NCBI GenBank assembly: GCA_964016885.1
Contig: OZ024762.1
Coordinates: forward strand, 10,602,001 to 10,666,000
Direction: 5' to 3'
From: Eledone cirrhosa
Taxonomy: Eukaryota
Length of the DNA stretch: 64,000 nucleotides
This document shows, in pieces, positions 36,565-49,587 of this stretch. Numbering within the stretch: the stretch's first letter is position 1; each line of letters opens with the position of its first letter. Position numbers and translations under genes: made by a program. Below the pieces are notes generated by a model that saw nothing but the letters and a program-made list of their open reading frames with translations, was not told the origin of the DNA and did no database searches.

Positions 36565-37208
36565 CATATATATATTGTTATACTTTGGGAGGGTCATGTT
36601 GCCAATAAAAACACATGCACCTGTTGGTTTTCACTTATAAGTTTCCATTTGGTTGGTTGGTTTGATAGCTGGAAGGTTGTTTATCTATTGTGAAAGCTCT
36701 TTCGTCACACCTCAGTGACTAGGTTTTTATTTTTTGTCTCTCCTACACCGTCTTGTTTTTGTGTGCTCAGTTTACGCATATGTTACACCTGGGTGTGTGT
36801 GTGTTTATTTATTTATTTATGTGTTTATATACTTGTCACTAATTGGTTGTTTGTTCTATGTGTGTCTGATTTTTTTTTTGTTAGTTTAGTTTTTGTATGT
36901 CTGTATGTCTTCATTTTGTCCTTAATTACTAGTTGTAATGTTGTTGCTATTCCACTCATGTTTACTGTTTAATTTTGGTTGGAGTTTGTTTATGTTTGTC
37001 GCCTCTGCAATTTGTCTGAGCATTGCATCTGTGTGTGTATATAATTTTTATCTCTATGTTCTCTAATGTGCTCTTATGTTCTATTTTAGCATGTTGGTGG
37101 AGTACTGATGAGTTTTTCTTATCCTGGAGTTCTCGCCAGTGTTCACTTATCCTTTCTCCTATGCTACGGGCTGTTTCACCTATGTATGTTATATTCTTAT
37201 TCCTAATG
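36565..37208 (-). mobile_element. Penelope-like retroelement 3' remnant (GIY-YIG endonuclease plus terminal region)
   Basis: Hand translation gives TYIGETARSIGERISEHWRELQDKKNSSVLHQHAKIEH...[frameshift]...DAMLRQIAEATNINKLQPKLNSKHEW. A hammerhead 3' half lies at 36685-36720 and the element ends at (TA)n. Confidence 0.85.
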
Positions 37209-37874
37209 TAACTGCTAAAGGGTTAAACTGGCCGTTTCCGTCCAGAATTCTCTCACGTCTCTCTGTTCAAACTGACTGCTCATACTGATGTTAAGGTATT
37301 GTTCTCAAAATAAATAATATCAAAACCTCGTAGATTCAATATTTTGTGAGATAATTATGTGAAATAAAAATGTTAACCGTGAAAATAGTGTAATGTAAAT
37401 GGTAAAGGGTTAAAATATAATGTATGGGTTGGTATTAGACTGCAGAAAAGCTGCTTCAAAAACAATGATTTTGATGAAGATGAGGTAGACCTATTGTCAG
37501 TACTTCAACACTGTATCTACCACTTACCAACTACTTAACTGCCAGTTCTTCTTAAATTCAGTACTCTGAATTATGCCCTACACCCCAACCCCACTACCAT
37601 CTTAATAAATCTGAAAAATTAATAAGCAGGGGAGACGACAACGATTATTGAAAATCTGAGAGTATGTAAATTAAAACTAACCTACAGGTAAACCTGAAAT
37701 ATAGACCTTGACCCTTCAATGTTCAAACCGGCCAGAATTCTCTACCTCGTTCTGTTGAAACTGGTCGCTCATACTGATGTTAAGGTATTGTTCTCAAAAT
37801 AAATACTTTCAATATCTCAGATTCGATATTATGTGAGGTAAAGCCTTTACCATTAAAATATAATAGTATATATA

Positions 37875-38340
37875 AAATAATTGTTTCTACTTTTGGCACA
37901 AAGCCAGCAATTACCCAGTGCATTACTGGTACTTTATTTTATCGACCCCATAAGGATAAAAGGCAAAGTCAACCTCGGCGGGATTTGAACTCAGATCGTA
38001 AAGGGACGTAACTATGCTGGAAAGCATGGCGTCCGACCCTCTACCGATACTGCCAATCCACCGCAGTATATATAAAATAATTGTTTCTACTTTTGGCACA
38101 AGGCCAACAATTGCCCAGTGTATTACTGGTACTTTATTTTATCGACCCCGTAAGGATGAAAGGCAAAGTTAACCTCGCCGGGATTTGAACTAAGAATGGT
38201 ACTTTACTGGTACTTTATTTTATCGACCCCATAAGGATGAAAGGCAAAGTTAACCTCGCCGGGATTTGAACTAAGAATGGCAAGGGCCGTAACTCTATGC
38301 GTCAAAGCATGGCATCCGACCCTCTACCGATACTGCCAAA
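37875..38340 (-). mobile_element. Cluster of Deu/Nin-like tRNA SINEs
   Basis: Same family as 700-1320; three copies. Confidence 0.8.
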
Positions 38341-38617
38341 TTTATATATAATGCTGTAAAATGGTTGGTTATAGGAAGAGCAGCCAGCCGTAGAAAGCTT
38401 ACCAGACAAAGAGTTCGGAAGACCCTCAGTTGTGTCAAAAACATGACAACTTCTCCTGTGCACTCGGTAGTATGTGAGCCTGTACATAAACGAGATGCTG
38501 ATCCCTGATCTGTCTGGGAGATCAGCAGTGTCCGCTTCAGTACTGGACTGGGTCTATGTAGACCCAACCAGCACATACTAACAGAGAAAGCAGATGTTGA
38601 TGTGTATATGTGTGTGC

Positions 38618-38653
<36 letters not shown>

Positions 38654-39539
38654 ATTTCTGAAGAATGAAACAGTTCTAGTCCTGTAGAATCTCATCTATA
38701 TTAAAACCTATATATATATATATATATATATATTTTCATTTTTCATTTTACGTCCGCTTTTTCCCTGCTTGCGAGGGTGGGATGGGAACTGATTCTGGCT
38801 TGATTTCTACAGCTGGATGCCCTTCCTAGCACCAACCTCATTTTACTGAGTGCTGGGTGCTTTTTTGCCGTGGCACCTCCACGACAACTTTGCTGTGGAA
38901 TGATAGGGACCCCAGTCCCTATCATCTCATTTCTACAGCTGAGTAAACTAGAGCAATGTGAAATAAAGTGTCTTGCTCAAGGAAACAACACATCACCCGG
39001 TCTGAGAATTGAACTCACAACCTTTCGATTGCAAGGCCAATGCTCTAACCACTAAGCCATGTGCCTCCATATATATATATATATATCAGATAGGGTGTGT
39101 TAAAAACCAGGTAGACCATAACTCACCAGAGTACTCAATACTTAGGGTAGTAGAGTGGGTAATAGGAAAAGAGTCAGGACCCCAACGACTGAGCTCCAGC
39201 TGTTTCGACAGCTACATCCAAAGTGGCTGGAGCTCAGCCGGCGGGATCCTGAATCTTTTCATATATATATAAGCAAAAATCAAACAGTAAGTGTTTTATT
39301 ATTATTTCTGATATAAAACCAATGATGATGATATCTATAGTAGATATGATTTAAAGGAGATTTGATTGCTAATTCTATCAAGCTGAGCTCACTACATTCC
39401 TTGGTCTGAGTTTCACACAAAATAAAGGCCTTCAGGTGACACACATGGTTGCAGTGGAAGGAAATGGATGATAGGGATAAGCAAGGGGGGTTGATCAAAG
39501 TTGAGCCCTTTCTTCCCCAAGACATAAATGAAATGTTAC

Positions 39540-40110
39540 AGCTCACATATTTGCAGATTTAGCAAGCCTCATATGAGGTTGTAGTCCATAGGAGATTTCT
39601 AGGGTGCCCCCAGTCCTATCATGTTGCTACAGCTCACACCTATGTAGGTTTAGCTGGCCTCCTATGAGGTCCCACCTCATAGTAGGTTTCTTGGGTGTTT
39701 TAATGATAGGGGCCCCAGTGCTATCATATTACAGCTCACACCTATGTAGGTTTAGCTGGCCTCTTATGAGGTCCCACCTCATAGTAGGTTTCTTGGGTGT
39801 TTTAATGATAGGGGCCCCAGTGCTATCACATTACAGCTCACACCTATGTAGGTTTAGCTGGCCTCTTATGAGGTCCCACCTCATAGGTTTCTTGGGTGTT
39901 TTAATGATAGGGGTCCCAGTCCTATCGTTGTTGTTACAGCTCACACTTACATAGGTTTAGTTAGCTTCTTATGAAGTTGAATCTCATAGGTTTCTTGGTG
40001 TTTTAATGATAGGGATCCCAGTCTTATTACACCTATGTAGGTTTACATGGCCCCCTATGAGGAGGTTATCACATAGCCAGGTTTCGTGTAATCTAATGAC
40101 AGGGGCCTAT
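39540..40110. repeat. About 111-bp tandem repeat inside a SINE-associated element
   Basis: Core CAGCTCACACCTATGTAGGTTTAGCTGGCCTC; same family at 57990-58860 (inverted), 59790-60125 and 62380-62490. Confidence 0.75.
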
Positions 40111-40569
40111 CATGAAAAGCAATGAAAAATGAAATTTATTGCTTAAAAACACTCGCTGCTTGGTCCTGGAATTGAACCCACAACCTTACGATCATGAGCC
40201 CAGCATCCTAACCACTAGGCTACATGCTTTCCTTCACCAGGATGATATGAACTTTAAATATCCCCAAAGAATCTAAATAATGGTTTCTACTATTGGCACA
40301 AGGCCAGCAATTATCCCAGTGTATTACTGGTACTTTATTTTATTGACCCCCGTAAGGATAAAAGGCAAAGTTAACTCTGGCGGGATTAGAACTCAGACTG
40401 TAAAGGGCCGTAACTCTATGCCGGAAAGCATGGCATCAGACCCTCTACCAATACTGCCAATCCACCGCCCTTTAAATAGTGTAAAGCAATTAGTTCACCC
40501 CTCCAGAGATTTGGCACTCAACCAGATCTTCATTTTTAATATTGGTACAAAGGCCAAAATTTGTTAACA

Positions 40570-41530
40570 TGCATTGTAATGAGGTAGTGCTGGTGCCACG
40601 ACAAAAGTACCCTCTCAGCGCTGTAAAGTGGTAGTGCTGGTGCCACGACAAAAGTACCCTCTCAGCGCTGTAAAGTGGTAGTGCTGGTGCCACGACAAAA
40701 GTACCCTCTCAGCGCTGTAATGAGGTAATGCTGGTGCCACGACAAAAGTACCCTCTCAGCGCTGTAAAGTGGTAGTGCTGGTGCCACGACAAAAGTACCC
40801 TCTCAGCGCTGTAAAGTGGTAGTGCTGGTGCCACGACAAAAGTACCCTCTCAGCGCTGTAATGAGGTAATGCTGGTGCCACGACAAAAGTACCCTCTCAG
40901 CGCTGTAAAGTGGTAGTGCTGGTGCTGCAATAAATACACCAGCAACACCTGTAAACTAGTAGTGCTGGTGTCATGAAAAAAAAAAAAACACCCAGTACAC
41001 CCTTTACGCTGGTAATATGATGAAATGTGCCCAATACACACTAATGCAATAGTGCGGGTACCATGATGAAAAGCACCCAGTACAGACTAAGGTGGTAGTG
41101 TTTGTGCCAGTACACTCTGTAAGGAATTAGTGTTGGTGCCATAATAAAAAGCACCCAGTACACCCTGTAAAGTGACAGAGCTGGTGCTGCGATAAATACA
41201 CTAGCACTACCTGTAAAGTGGTAGTGCTGGTGCCATGAAAAAAAAAAACACCCAGTACACTCTATAAAGTGGTAGTGCTGGTGCCACAATAAAATACATC
41301 CAATACACTCGTAAAGTGGTAGTGCTGGAGCCACAATAAAATACACCCAGTACACTCTGTAAAGTGGATGTGCTGATGCCACAAAATACTCCCAATACAC
41401 TCTGTAAAGTGGTAGTGCTGGTGCCACAATAAAATACACCCATTACACTCTGTAAAGTGGTAGTGGTAGTGCTGGTATCATGATAAATTGCTCTAAGTAT
41501 ATGCTGTGAAATGGGTGGCGTTAGGAAGGG
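40570..41530. repeat. 47-49 bp minisatellite related to the 32060-33595 unit (opposite strand)
   Basis: Unit GTAAAGTGGTAGTGCTGGTGCCACGACAAAAGTACCCTCTCAGCGCT; ends in the SINE motif GGCGTTAGGAAGGGCATC. Confidence 0.85.
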
Positions 41531-42819
41531 CATCTAGCCAAAAAAGGAGCCCATAAGGAAGATGTCGTTACCTGTCGAGTCTAGCCTCAGGTGATAACAC
41601 ATTTAACCCACACAAGCATAGAAAATGGATGTTAACCCTTTAGCATTCACATTACTCTCTATTTACTATTGTATTTTCACAGAAAAGGGTTTATCTCACA
41701 TAATATCGAATCTACAAGATTTTGATATTATTTATTTTCAGAACAATACCATAATATCAGTATCAGCGGCTAGTTACAGCCAGTTTGAAGAGAAAGAGGT
41801 GAGAGAATTCTGGCCAGTTACAGCCGGTTTAAATGCTAAAGGGTTAAACAGAGATTAGGATGATAAAGGGCATCCAGCCATAGAAAAACCATGCCAGAAT
41901 TAAACAAGAGTGAGACGCAATCATCTGACTTGTAAAGCCTCAGTACAAGACAACACATTTAATACTCTAATACATGCAAGCATGGAATATGAATGTTAAA
42001 TAAATGATGATGATGATGATGATAATGATGTGCTAATCAGGTTAGTCCATGGCAATACTTGGTTTGGTATTTATCATTTATCAACCAGCCCTACAAGGTC
42101 CAACACCCTAAACACTAGGCCACACCTCTTCACAAAATATATCTATAGATGATCCAACACACTAACCTTTAGGTCAAACCCTTTCACAGAATATATCTAC
42201 AGAAGGTCCAACACCCTAAACACTAAGCCATACCCCTTCATAGTATATCTAGATAAGCCAACACCCTAAACACTAAGCCACACCCCTTCACAGTATATCT
42301 AGATAAGCCAACACCCTAAACCACACCCCTTCACAGTATATCTACAGATAAGCCAACACCCTAAACACTAGGCCACACCACTTCACAGTATATCTACAGA
42401 TAAGCCAACACCTCTTCACAGTATATCTACAGATAAGCCAGCACCCTAAACACTAAGCCACACCCCTTCACCATATATCTACAGATAAGCCAACACTAAC
42501 CACTAGACCACACCCCTTCACAAAGTGTATATTTACAGCAGGTCCACTACTCTATGAGGCCACACCCCTTCACAGTATATTTACAGAAGGCTGAGCACTC
42601 TATCTACTTTCATTTTCCCTCAGCTGAATACAATTAGAAATCTACGCTGCTTTATAAACTAAGGTACAATATAGGCAATAGGTGCAGACTTGGCTTCCAT
42701 CCCAATATGTGTTACCTTGAGCAAGTATCTTCCATAGCATTAGGCTGACCAATACCTTGTGGAGATGGGGTGCGAATTTGGTAGACAGAACAGTTAGAAA
42801 GCCCATATGTGTGTGCATA

Positions 42820-43013
42820 CAGTGCCAGATTTACCATTGTGCTAAGTTGTGCTTAAACACAGGGCCTGTTAGCCAAGGAGGGGGGAGGGGACAGGGGGGG
42901 GGGGGGGTGACATCTTCCTGCACCCCCAAATTTTTTTACCACCTTCAAGGTCCAAGTACGGGGCTTCATAACTTAACCAGCACAGGACCTCATTTGTCCT
43001 AAATCCGGCACTG
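42820..43013. mobile_element. MITE with 14-bp TIRs
   Basis: CAGTGCCAGATTTA ... TAAATCCGGCACTG. Confidence 0.6.
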
Positions 43014-43055
<42 letters not shown>

Positions 43056-43058
<3 letters not shown>

Positions 43059-43463
43059 GATATTAAATAAATGGAAACTATATTTATAAAACCATATTTA
43101 TTTCAGGGATATCATATTAAAAATATGTTATGCCTTCTTCAGACAAAATACAATATAAACAGTCTTATAAATAGATAGATTTGACATACCTTTCAACTTC
43201 AACTTCCATTTAAAAAGTTGATTTGGTAGGTATGTCAAATCTATCTATTTATAAGACTGTTTATATTGTATTTTGTCTGAAGAAGGCATAACATATTTTT
43301 AATATGATATCCCTGAAATATATATAATGAAATAAATATGGTTTTATAAATATAGTTTCCATTTATTTAATATCGTAAATATACTCCAAATACTTGTTGA
43401 GTGCTTTTATATCAGTTATAAATATTTACTCGTTGTAACCCAACAATTTAAATAAAATTTTGC
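43056..43463. mobile_element. (TA)n-inserted element with ~135-bp inverted arms and a hammerhead-like core
   Basis: Arms about 43056-43191 / 43228-43377, right arm extended to 43463. Each arm has CUGAAGA-AGG[hairpin]CCU-GAAA. Confidence 0.65.
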
Positions 43464-45290
43464 ATATATATATATATATATATATATCATTGTTATCTGA
43501 AGAGAACTGGTCTAAGCCATGTAATCATGGAAAGCTTACCAATGATTTGTGATGGAAGGGGGGGGGATTGGTAGATAGAAGCTGTTAGGAAGACCATCAT
43601 ATGCATATATATATATATATCATCATCATCATCATTATTATCTGAAGAGAACCTGTCCAAGCCATGTAAGCATGGAGAAGTAGACGATGGAACTCTCTTT
43701 TACCTGTTCCAGCCATCCGGCTGAGGCCATGCTGGGGCACCACCCTTAGACTATAAAGATAATGATGGAACTCTCTTTTACCTGTTCCAGCCATCCGGCT
43801 GAGGCCATGCTGGGGCACCGCCCTTAGACTATAGAGATAATGATGGAACTCTCTTTTACCTGTTCCAGCCATCCGGCTGAGGCCCTGCTGGGGCACCGCC
43901 CTTAAACTATAAAGATAATGATGGAACTATATATAAAAAAAACTAAAAACTAAACAAAAAAAAAAAAACACAACATGGACATATTTTTGTTGTTAGGTAC
44001 AAGACCTTCTTTATTTCCTTTTGCAAAAAAGCAGAAAGCTAAGTTGTCTGGCACAGACTTGCCCCCAGTAAGTTGCATTCCACTTCTTAAACTAAGTAGA
44101 CCTTTGTGACCCCGTTTAGTGTAAGATATGACTAAAAGAATTGACATCAAGAAAGGCATCTAGCCATGAAACACTCTACTGCAAAAGGTCCCATCCAGCC
44201 CATGCCAGCATGGAGGAGCAGACATAAAAGCAATGTTGATGATGATGATGATGACAACGATGATGAAGAGTCTGAAAAAGGAAGGATTTTGTCAAGGAGC
44301 ATTCCTTGGTTTCTCTAGACTGGAGGTTATTGTAAAATACTATTGAATGAAACAGGAGCTATAAATGCATTAACCCTTTTGACACCAGCCTCGCCAAAGG
44401 TGGTTTAGGTTCTATACCCATTTAAAAGGGTTTCTAGGTCTCCTATTTAACCCTTTTGATACCAACTTGGCCAAAACCAGCTCTACTTCTATGAAACAAA
44501 ACCATCCATTTTAAAGGGTTCCAATTTAATCCTTTTGTTACCAACCTGGCTAAAACCAGCTATTAAAACACACCTATTTAAATTAAAATATTCCAATATA
44601 AATATCATATGAGAACCATTTAACCCTTTAGCTATCAACTCAGCACTGGTTCTATGAAATAAAACCACTCATTTTAAAGGTTTCCAATTTAAATTAAAAT
44701 CTTCCAACATAATTTTATATAAGAACCTGACATTAAGTTACTATCTTAGTAATGAAATAATTAATAATTTTAGTAAATCTCTCAAAATTCCTCATTAATT
44801 AATTGAAATAGTGTGTATTACATTAGAAATATGGTCATGAAAGGGTTAATGATAGAGGCTTCAGTCATCAGTAATGAAATAATTAATAATTTTAGTAAAT
44901 CTCTCAAAATTCCTCATTAATTAATTGAAATAGTGTGTATTACATTAGAAATATGGTCATGAAAGGGTTAATGATAGAGGCTTCAGTCATCAGTAATGAA
45001 ATAATTAATAATTTTAGCAAAACCCTAGAAATTCTTCATTAATTAATCGAAATAGAGTGTATTTCATTAGGAATGTGGTCATGAAAGGGTTTAGTTAGTA
45101 TCTTAGAACGAGAATAGCAATCTCACAGCACCACCACTCTCCAGGTTGGGAGTCACTGCATGGAACCAATATGGTAGATATGTAAATTAGAAAAAAAGGG
45201 AGACATTAATACTGGGCTTGGTCCCTGTAGTATGAAGCTCAATAAAACAGCTTTCACTAAAACATTTTTTACAAAAGTATAAAAATATTA

Positions 45291-45324
<34 letters not shown>

Positions 45325-45942
45325 TATGAAACTTAGAGTGCTTCAGCATGGCCACAACCTGTGAACTGGAACACAGAAAAGTGTAAAAGGACATAAGCTT
45401 ATTGGTAGTGCTCCAGCATGGCCAGAGCCAGTGAACTGGGACAGACGAAAGAATAAAATACAAGCTTATTGGTAGTGCTCCAGCATGGCCACAGCCAGTG
45501 CGCTGGGGCAGATCAAAGAGTAAAAGAATACAGGCTTATTGGTAGTGCTCCAGCATGGCCACAGCCAGTGAACTGGGACAGACGAAAAGTGTAAAAGGAC
45601 ATAAGCTTATTGGTAGTGCTCTAGCATGGCCACAGAAAAGTGTAAAACGACATAAGCTTATTGGTAGTGCTCCAGCTTGGTCACAGCCAGTAAAAGAATA
45701 CAGGTGTATTGGTAGTGCTCCAGCATGGCCACAGAAAAGTGTAAAAGGACATAAGCTTATTGGTAGTGCTCCAGCATGGCCAGAGCCAGTGAACTGGGAC
45801 AGAGGAAACAGTAAAAGAATACAGGCTTATTGGCAGTGCTCCAGCATGGCCACAATCTTATTGGTAGTGCTCCAGCTGGGACAGATGAAAGGGTAAAAAG
45901 AATAAAACCAAAAAAAAAAAAAGATAAAAATTGTTCAATTAC

Positions 45943-46110
45943 TTAGAGCTTAGTGAAAAGCCTCCTAATTTGTCGAATTCATCTTCAAAAAAGTCTCGAC
46001 TGGTTTGGTTGCTTTCAAATCTGTCCAAGTTACTGGTATTTGATGACCGACTGTTTGGTGATTCTTGGTCAATGACGGTCATGTCCGACAGAATGGAATG
46101 ACTGACCCCG
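45943..46110 (-). CDS. ARFGAP2/3: ArfGAP2/3 exon (GVSHSILSDMTVIDQESP...GGFSLSS)
   Basis: Matches the conserved SHSxxSxMxxIxQE block; AG/GT bounded, phase 2/2. Confidence 0.93.
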
Positions 46111-46308
46111 CTGCAAAGAGAAAGAAAGAAAAAAAACCCAAATAGTCAAGCATTTAACCCTTTTGATACCAACCTAGAGGTGGCGCAACTCGCACAGTTG
46201 TTATAAAATTGGATAAAATGCTTTGTGGTGTTCATTCAAGCTCTCTGTCTTCTCTCAGTTCAAGTCCTGCCAAGGTCAACTTTGCCTTTCATCCTTTCGA
46301 GGGGTCTG

Positions 46309-46536
46309 AGCAAAACCTGGCTGAACCCTTCTCTCTCCAGGTCTGATCACAGCCAATTTCTGCTAGAGAAGGATATAGGGTAAGTGAGAAAGAAATGTAG
46401 AGGAAAAACTCAACCCCAGTTTAATACTGGGGTTGAGTTTTTCCTCTACATTTCTTTCTCACTTACCCTATATCCTTCTCTAGCAGAAATTGGCTGGATC
46501 AGACCTGGAGAGAGAAGGGTTCAGCCAGGTTTTGCT
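46309..46536. repeat. Near-perfect palindrome with ~112-bp arms and a 5-nt loop
   Basis: Centre CAACCCCAGT-TTAAT-ACTGGGGTTG at 46411-46435; followed by a ~39-bp tandem repeat to 46680. Confidence 0.9.
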
Positions 46537-46926
46537 GAGACCTGGAGAGAGAAAGACTCATCCAGGTTTTGCTCTGACCTGGAGAGAGAAGCGCACTGCC
46601 AGGTTTTGCTCAGACCTGGAGAGAGAAGGGCTCAGCCAGGTTTTGCTCAGACCTGGAGAGTGAAAGGCTTGGCCAGGTTTTAAATGCCAAAGACACACTA
46701 TGTAACTATGGAGTCCCTACAACTCCATCAAGAGTTATGGGTTCGTTCATACATATATACATACATACCAGCCTAACCAAAACCAAAACCAGCTCTGGTT
46801 CTTACTTAAATATCTTCCAGCATAATTTTATATAAGAACCATATGTTCAGTTACTTAGCAAAGAAATAAGGGTTTCTGATTTAGGCACAAATGATTTTTA
46901 GATGATTCTGAAAATAATCCACTCAC

Positions 46927-47055
46927 CGATTACCAGAAAACCCCATCCCAAGCCGTTCGAGTTGAGCTGCTTTTTTAGGGTCGGAGTGTTTTAATTTATC
47001 CTCTTCCTTCTTCCGTTCTAATTTCATGTCTTGATATGCTAATTTCATTGAGGCA
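46927..47055 (-). CDS. ARFGAP2/3: ArfGAP2/3 exon (ASMKLAYQDMKLERKKEEDKLKHSDPKKAAQLERLGMGFSGN)
   Basis: Conserved SMxLAY...ERLGMG block; acceptor ttcaaatcag, donor CG|gtgagt, phase 2/2. Confidence 0.95.
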
Positions 47056-48115
47056 CTGATTTGAAAGGAAAAATAAAAAAACATTCAACAGAGGGCTTTA
47101 AATATTGAAGATTATATATATATATATATATATATATATTGGTATGGTCATGTGATGCGCATGAAAGAGGTTAGCTGTATGGAAAAGTGCAGGGTGATCA
47201 AAATTGATGGAAGCTACAGAGTAGGTTGACCCAGAAAAACCTGGGACGACATGATAAAATCTGACCTTGCACCTCTCTAAGACAATGTCACTGGACCGAG
47301 ATCTTTGGCGTTATGCAATAATACAGAAGACCCGCCTTCCCTATGTACAAAGCGAAATCTACAGTCAGTAGGCCCACTCCAAACCAAACATACACCCCCA
47401 CCCCCACTACTCCATCCTCCCACTCCCACCAACACCACCGTCTCTAAAGTTATGTTGGTACCACAACATCCAGGCCAGACTAAAGAGGTTGTGTAGGTGT
47501 CACGACAAAAAAGCACCCAGACCACGCCGTAAAGTGGTCGTGTAGGAGACACGGTTAAAGAGCACCTAGTACTCACTGTAAATGAGGTTGGTGTTAGGAA
47601 GGGCATCCAGCCGTAGAAACTGAGCCAAAATCAGTTCCTGTATGAGCAAGACATGGTCACCTGACCTGGCATTGCCCACAACAGGACAACCCGTCTAATC
47701 CACGCTAGAGTGGTGACATCAACGTAAAACGGTGATGATGATGATGATCTTGGCTGGTCTCGCTTGGGGGTTCCAGCCGGATCAATTGGAAACAGTTGCT
47801 TCTGACCAAACCCACTAGAAGGAATGATTAAGGACCCTGCCCCCACGACCCTCTCAAGAATAAGTGTGAAAAGAATGAGATGAATATTTGAATATATATA
47901 TATATATATATAACAAAGGAAATGTGGTAAGGAACCAGATGGACCATAACGCACCAAAGTACTCAATAATTAGGGTAGTAGAGTGGGTAATAGGAACGAG
48001 TAGGACCCCGATGGCTGAGCTCAAGCCATTTCGACGGCTAATTCTGTCCAGAATTAGCCGTCAAAACGGCTTGAGCTCAGCCGTCGGAGTCCTACTCGTT
48101 CCTATATATATATAT

Positions 48116-48510
48116 AGAGGATATGCGACGGCTGGAGAGAAATGAAACAAGCATGCTCCGTTGGATGTGCGTGAACGACCAAGCATGGATGAGTTGAGAG
48201 GGAAACTGGGTATAAGATGGATAAATTGTGGTGTGCAGGAGAGAAGACTGAGATGGTATGGACATGTGATGCGCATGGAGGATGACCACTGGGTGAAGAG
48301 GTGCCAGGAAATCCCAATAGAAGGAAGACGCAGTAGAGGAAGACCACGAAAAACATGGGCAGAGGTAGTGAGAGCTGACCTCAGATCGATGAAGCTCACG
48401 GAGGAGATGACAAAGGACCGCGATGAATGGAGAGATGCTGTGCTGAATAGGACCCGACCCCAGCCATGCAAGCAGAGAATAAAATGATGATGATGATGAT
48501 GATGATGATG
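48116..48510 (+). mobile_element. RTE-type LINE 3' end
   Basis: RRLRWYGHVMRMEDDHWVKRC...RSRGRPRKTWAEVVRADL followed by a (TGA)n tail. Confidence 0.85.
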
Positions 48511-48898
48511 ATATTCATTTCATTTTACGTCCGCCTTTTCCCTGCTTGCAAGGGTGAGACGGGAACTGATTCTGGCTTGATTTCTACAGCTGGATGCCCT
48601 TCCTAACACCAACCTCATTTACAGTGAGTGCTGGGTGCTTTTTTTTGCCGTGGCGCCTACACGTCCACTTTACAGTGGAATGATAGAGACCCCAGTCCTA
48701 TCATCTCATTTCTACAGCTGAGTAAACTGGAGCAATGTGAAATAAACGGTCTTGCTCAAGGAAACAACACATCACCCGGTCTGAGAATTGAACTCACAAC
48801 CTTTCGATTGCAAGGCCAATGCTCTAACCACTAAGCCATGTGCCTCCATCATATATATATACGGGCTAACACCACACATAGATATAAATAAACCTTAC

Positions 48899-49044
48899 AG
48901 TTGTCTTTCCTCCTCAGCTCTGTTCTTCACTTTTTCCACAGTCTTCATTGCCTCCAAGTCCTCCCGTTCTTTATCCATACGCTGTGCACGAGATTCAATC
49001 TCAGTGAAATTTGTTTTGACTCTTTGGGCTCCAAGGCCGCCTTT
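48899..49044 (-). CDS. ARFGAP2/3: ArfGAP2/3 exon (KGGLGAQRVKTNFTEIESRAQRMDKERE...EERQ)
   Basis: Conserved GLGAQ.V...F.EIE..AQ block; phase 0/2. Confidence 0.95.
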
Positions 49045-49149
49045 CTACAACAAAAGAATTATTTAGGTTTGGGTGAAATAAATTGGTTACGGTTATTGAG
49101 TTTAATTCAATTTAATCTCTTTGATAAAATGCACCAAGTAAAAAGGCTA

Positions 49150-49349
49150 AAGTCCCCTTCGGTCACAAATGACCATGAGATTTGCACCTAGAAAGTTCCC
49201 CTCCAAAGCAAAAGTCCGGGCAAGGTTGTTTGTGGAAGACCAGCAATCACCCATGTATACCAGTCTCTCTTCTCCACACCATCGATGTTGTCCAAGGGAT
49301 AAGCAATGGTTGATACAGCTTGGCACCCGTGACGTGACAGTATATAGTG

Positions 49350-49382
<33 letters not shown>

Positions 49383-49587
49383 CACTATATATGATGTCGT
49401 CCAAGGGAAAGGCAATGGCTGATACAGCTTGGCACTAATGATGTCACAACTCATTTCTACAGCTGAGTAAACTGGAGCAACGTGAAATAAAGTGTCTTGC
49501 TCAAGGACACAACACATCACCTGGTCGAACTCACAACCTTCCGATTGCAAACCCAATGCTCTAACCACTAAGCCATGCGCCTTCACC
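49150..49587 (-). mobile_element. Near full-length tRNA-derived SINE (Meta/CORE-like domain)
   Basis: A-box TGGCTTAGTGG, B-box GAGTTCGACC, then GTGTCCTTGAGCAAGACACTTTATTTCACGTTGCTCCAGTTTACTCAGCTGTAGAAATG. Confidence 0.78.

Noticed and set aside
43497-43540. CUGAAGA...GAAAGCUU hammerhead candidate
   Set aside because: No convincing stem I or stem II closure.
49500-49587. tRNA gene
   Set aside because: The A/B boxes belong to SINE heads; there is no complete cloverleaf.
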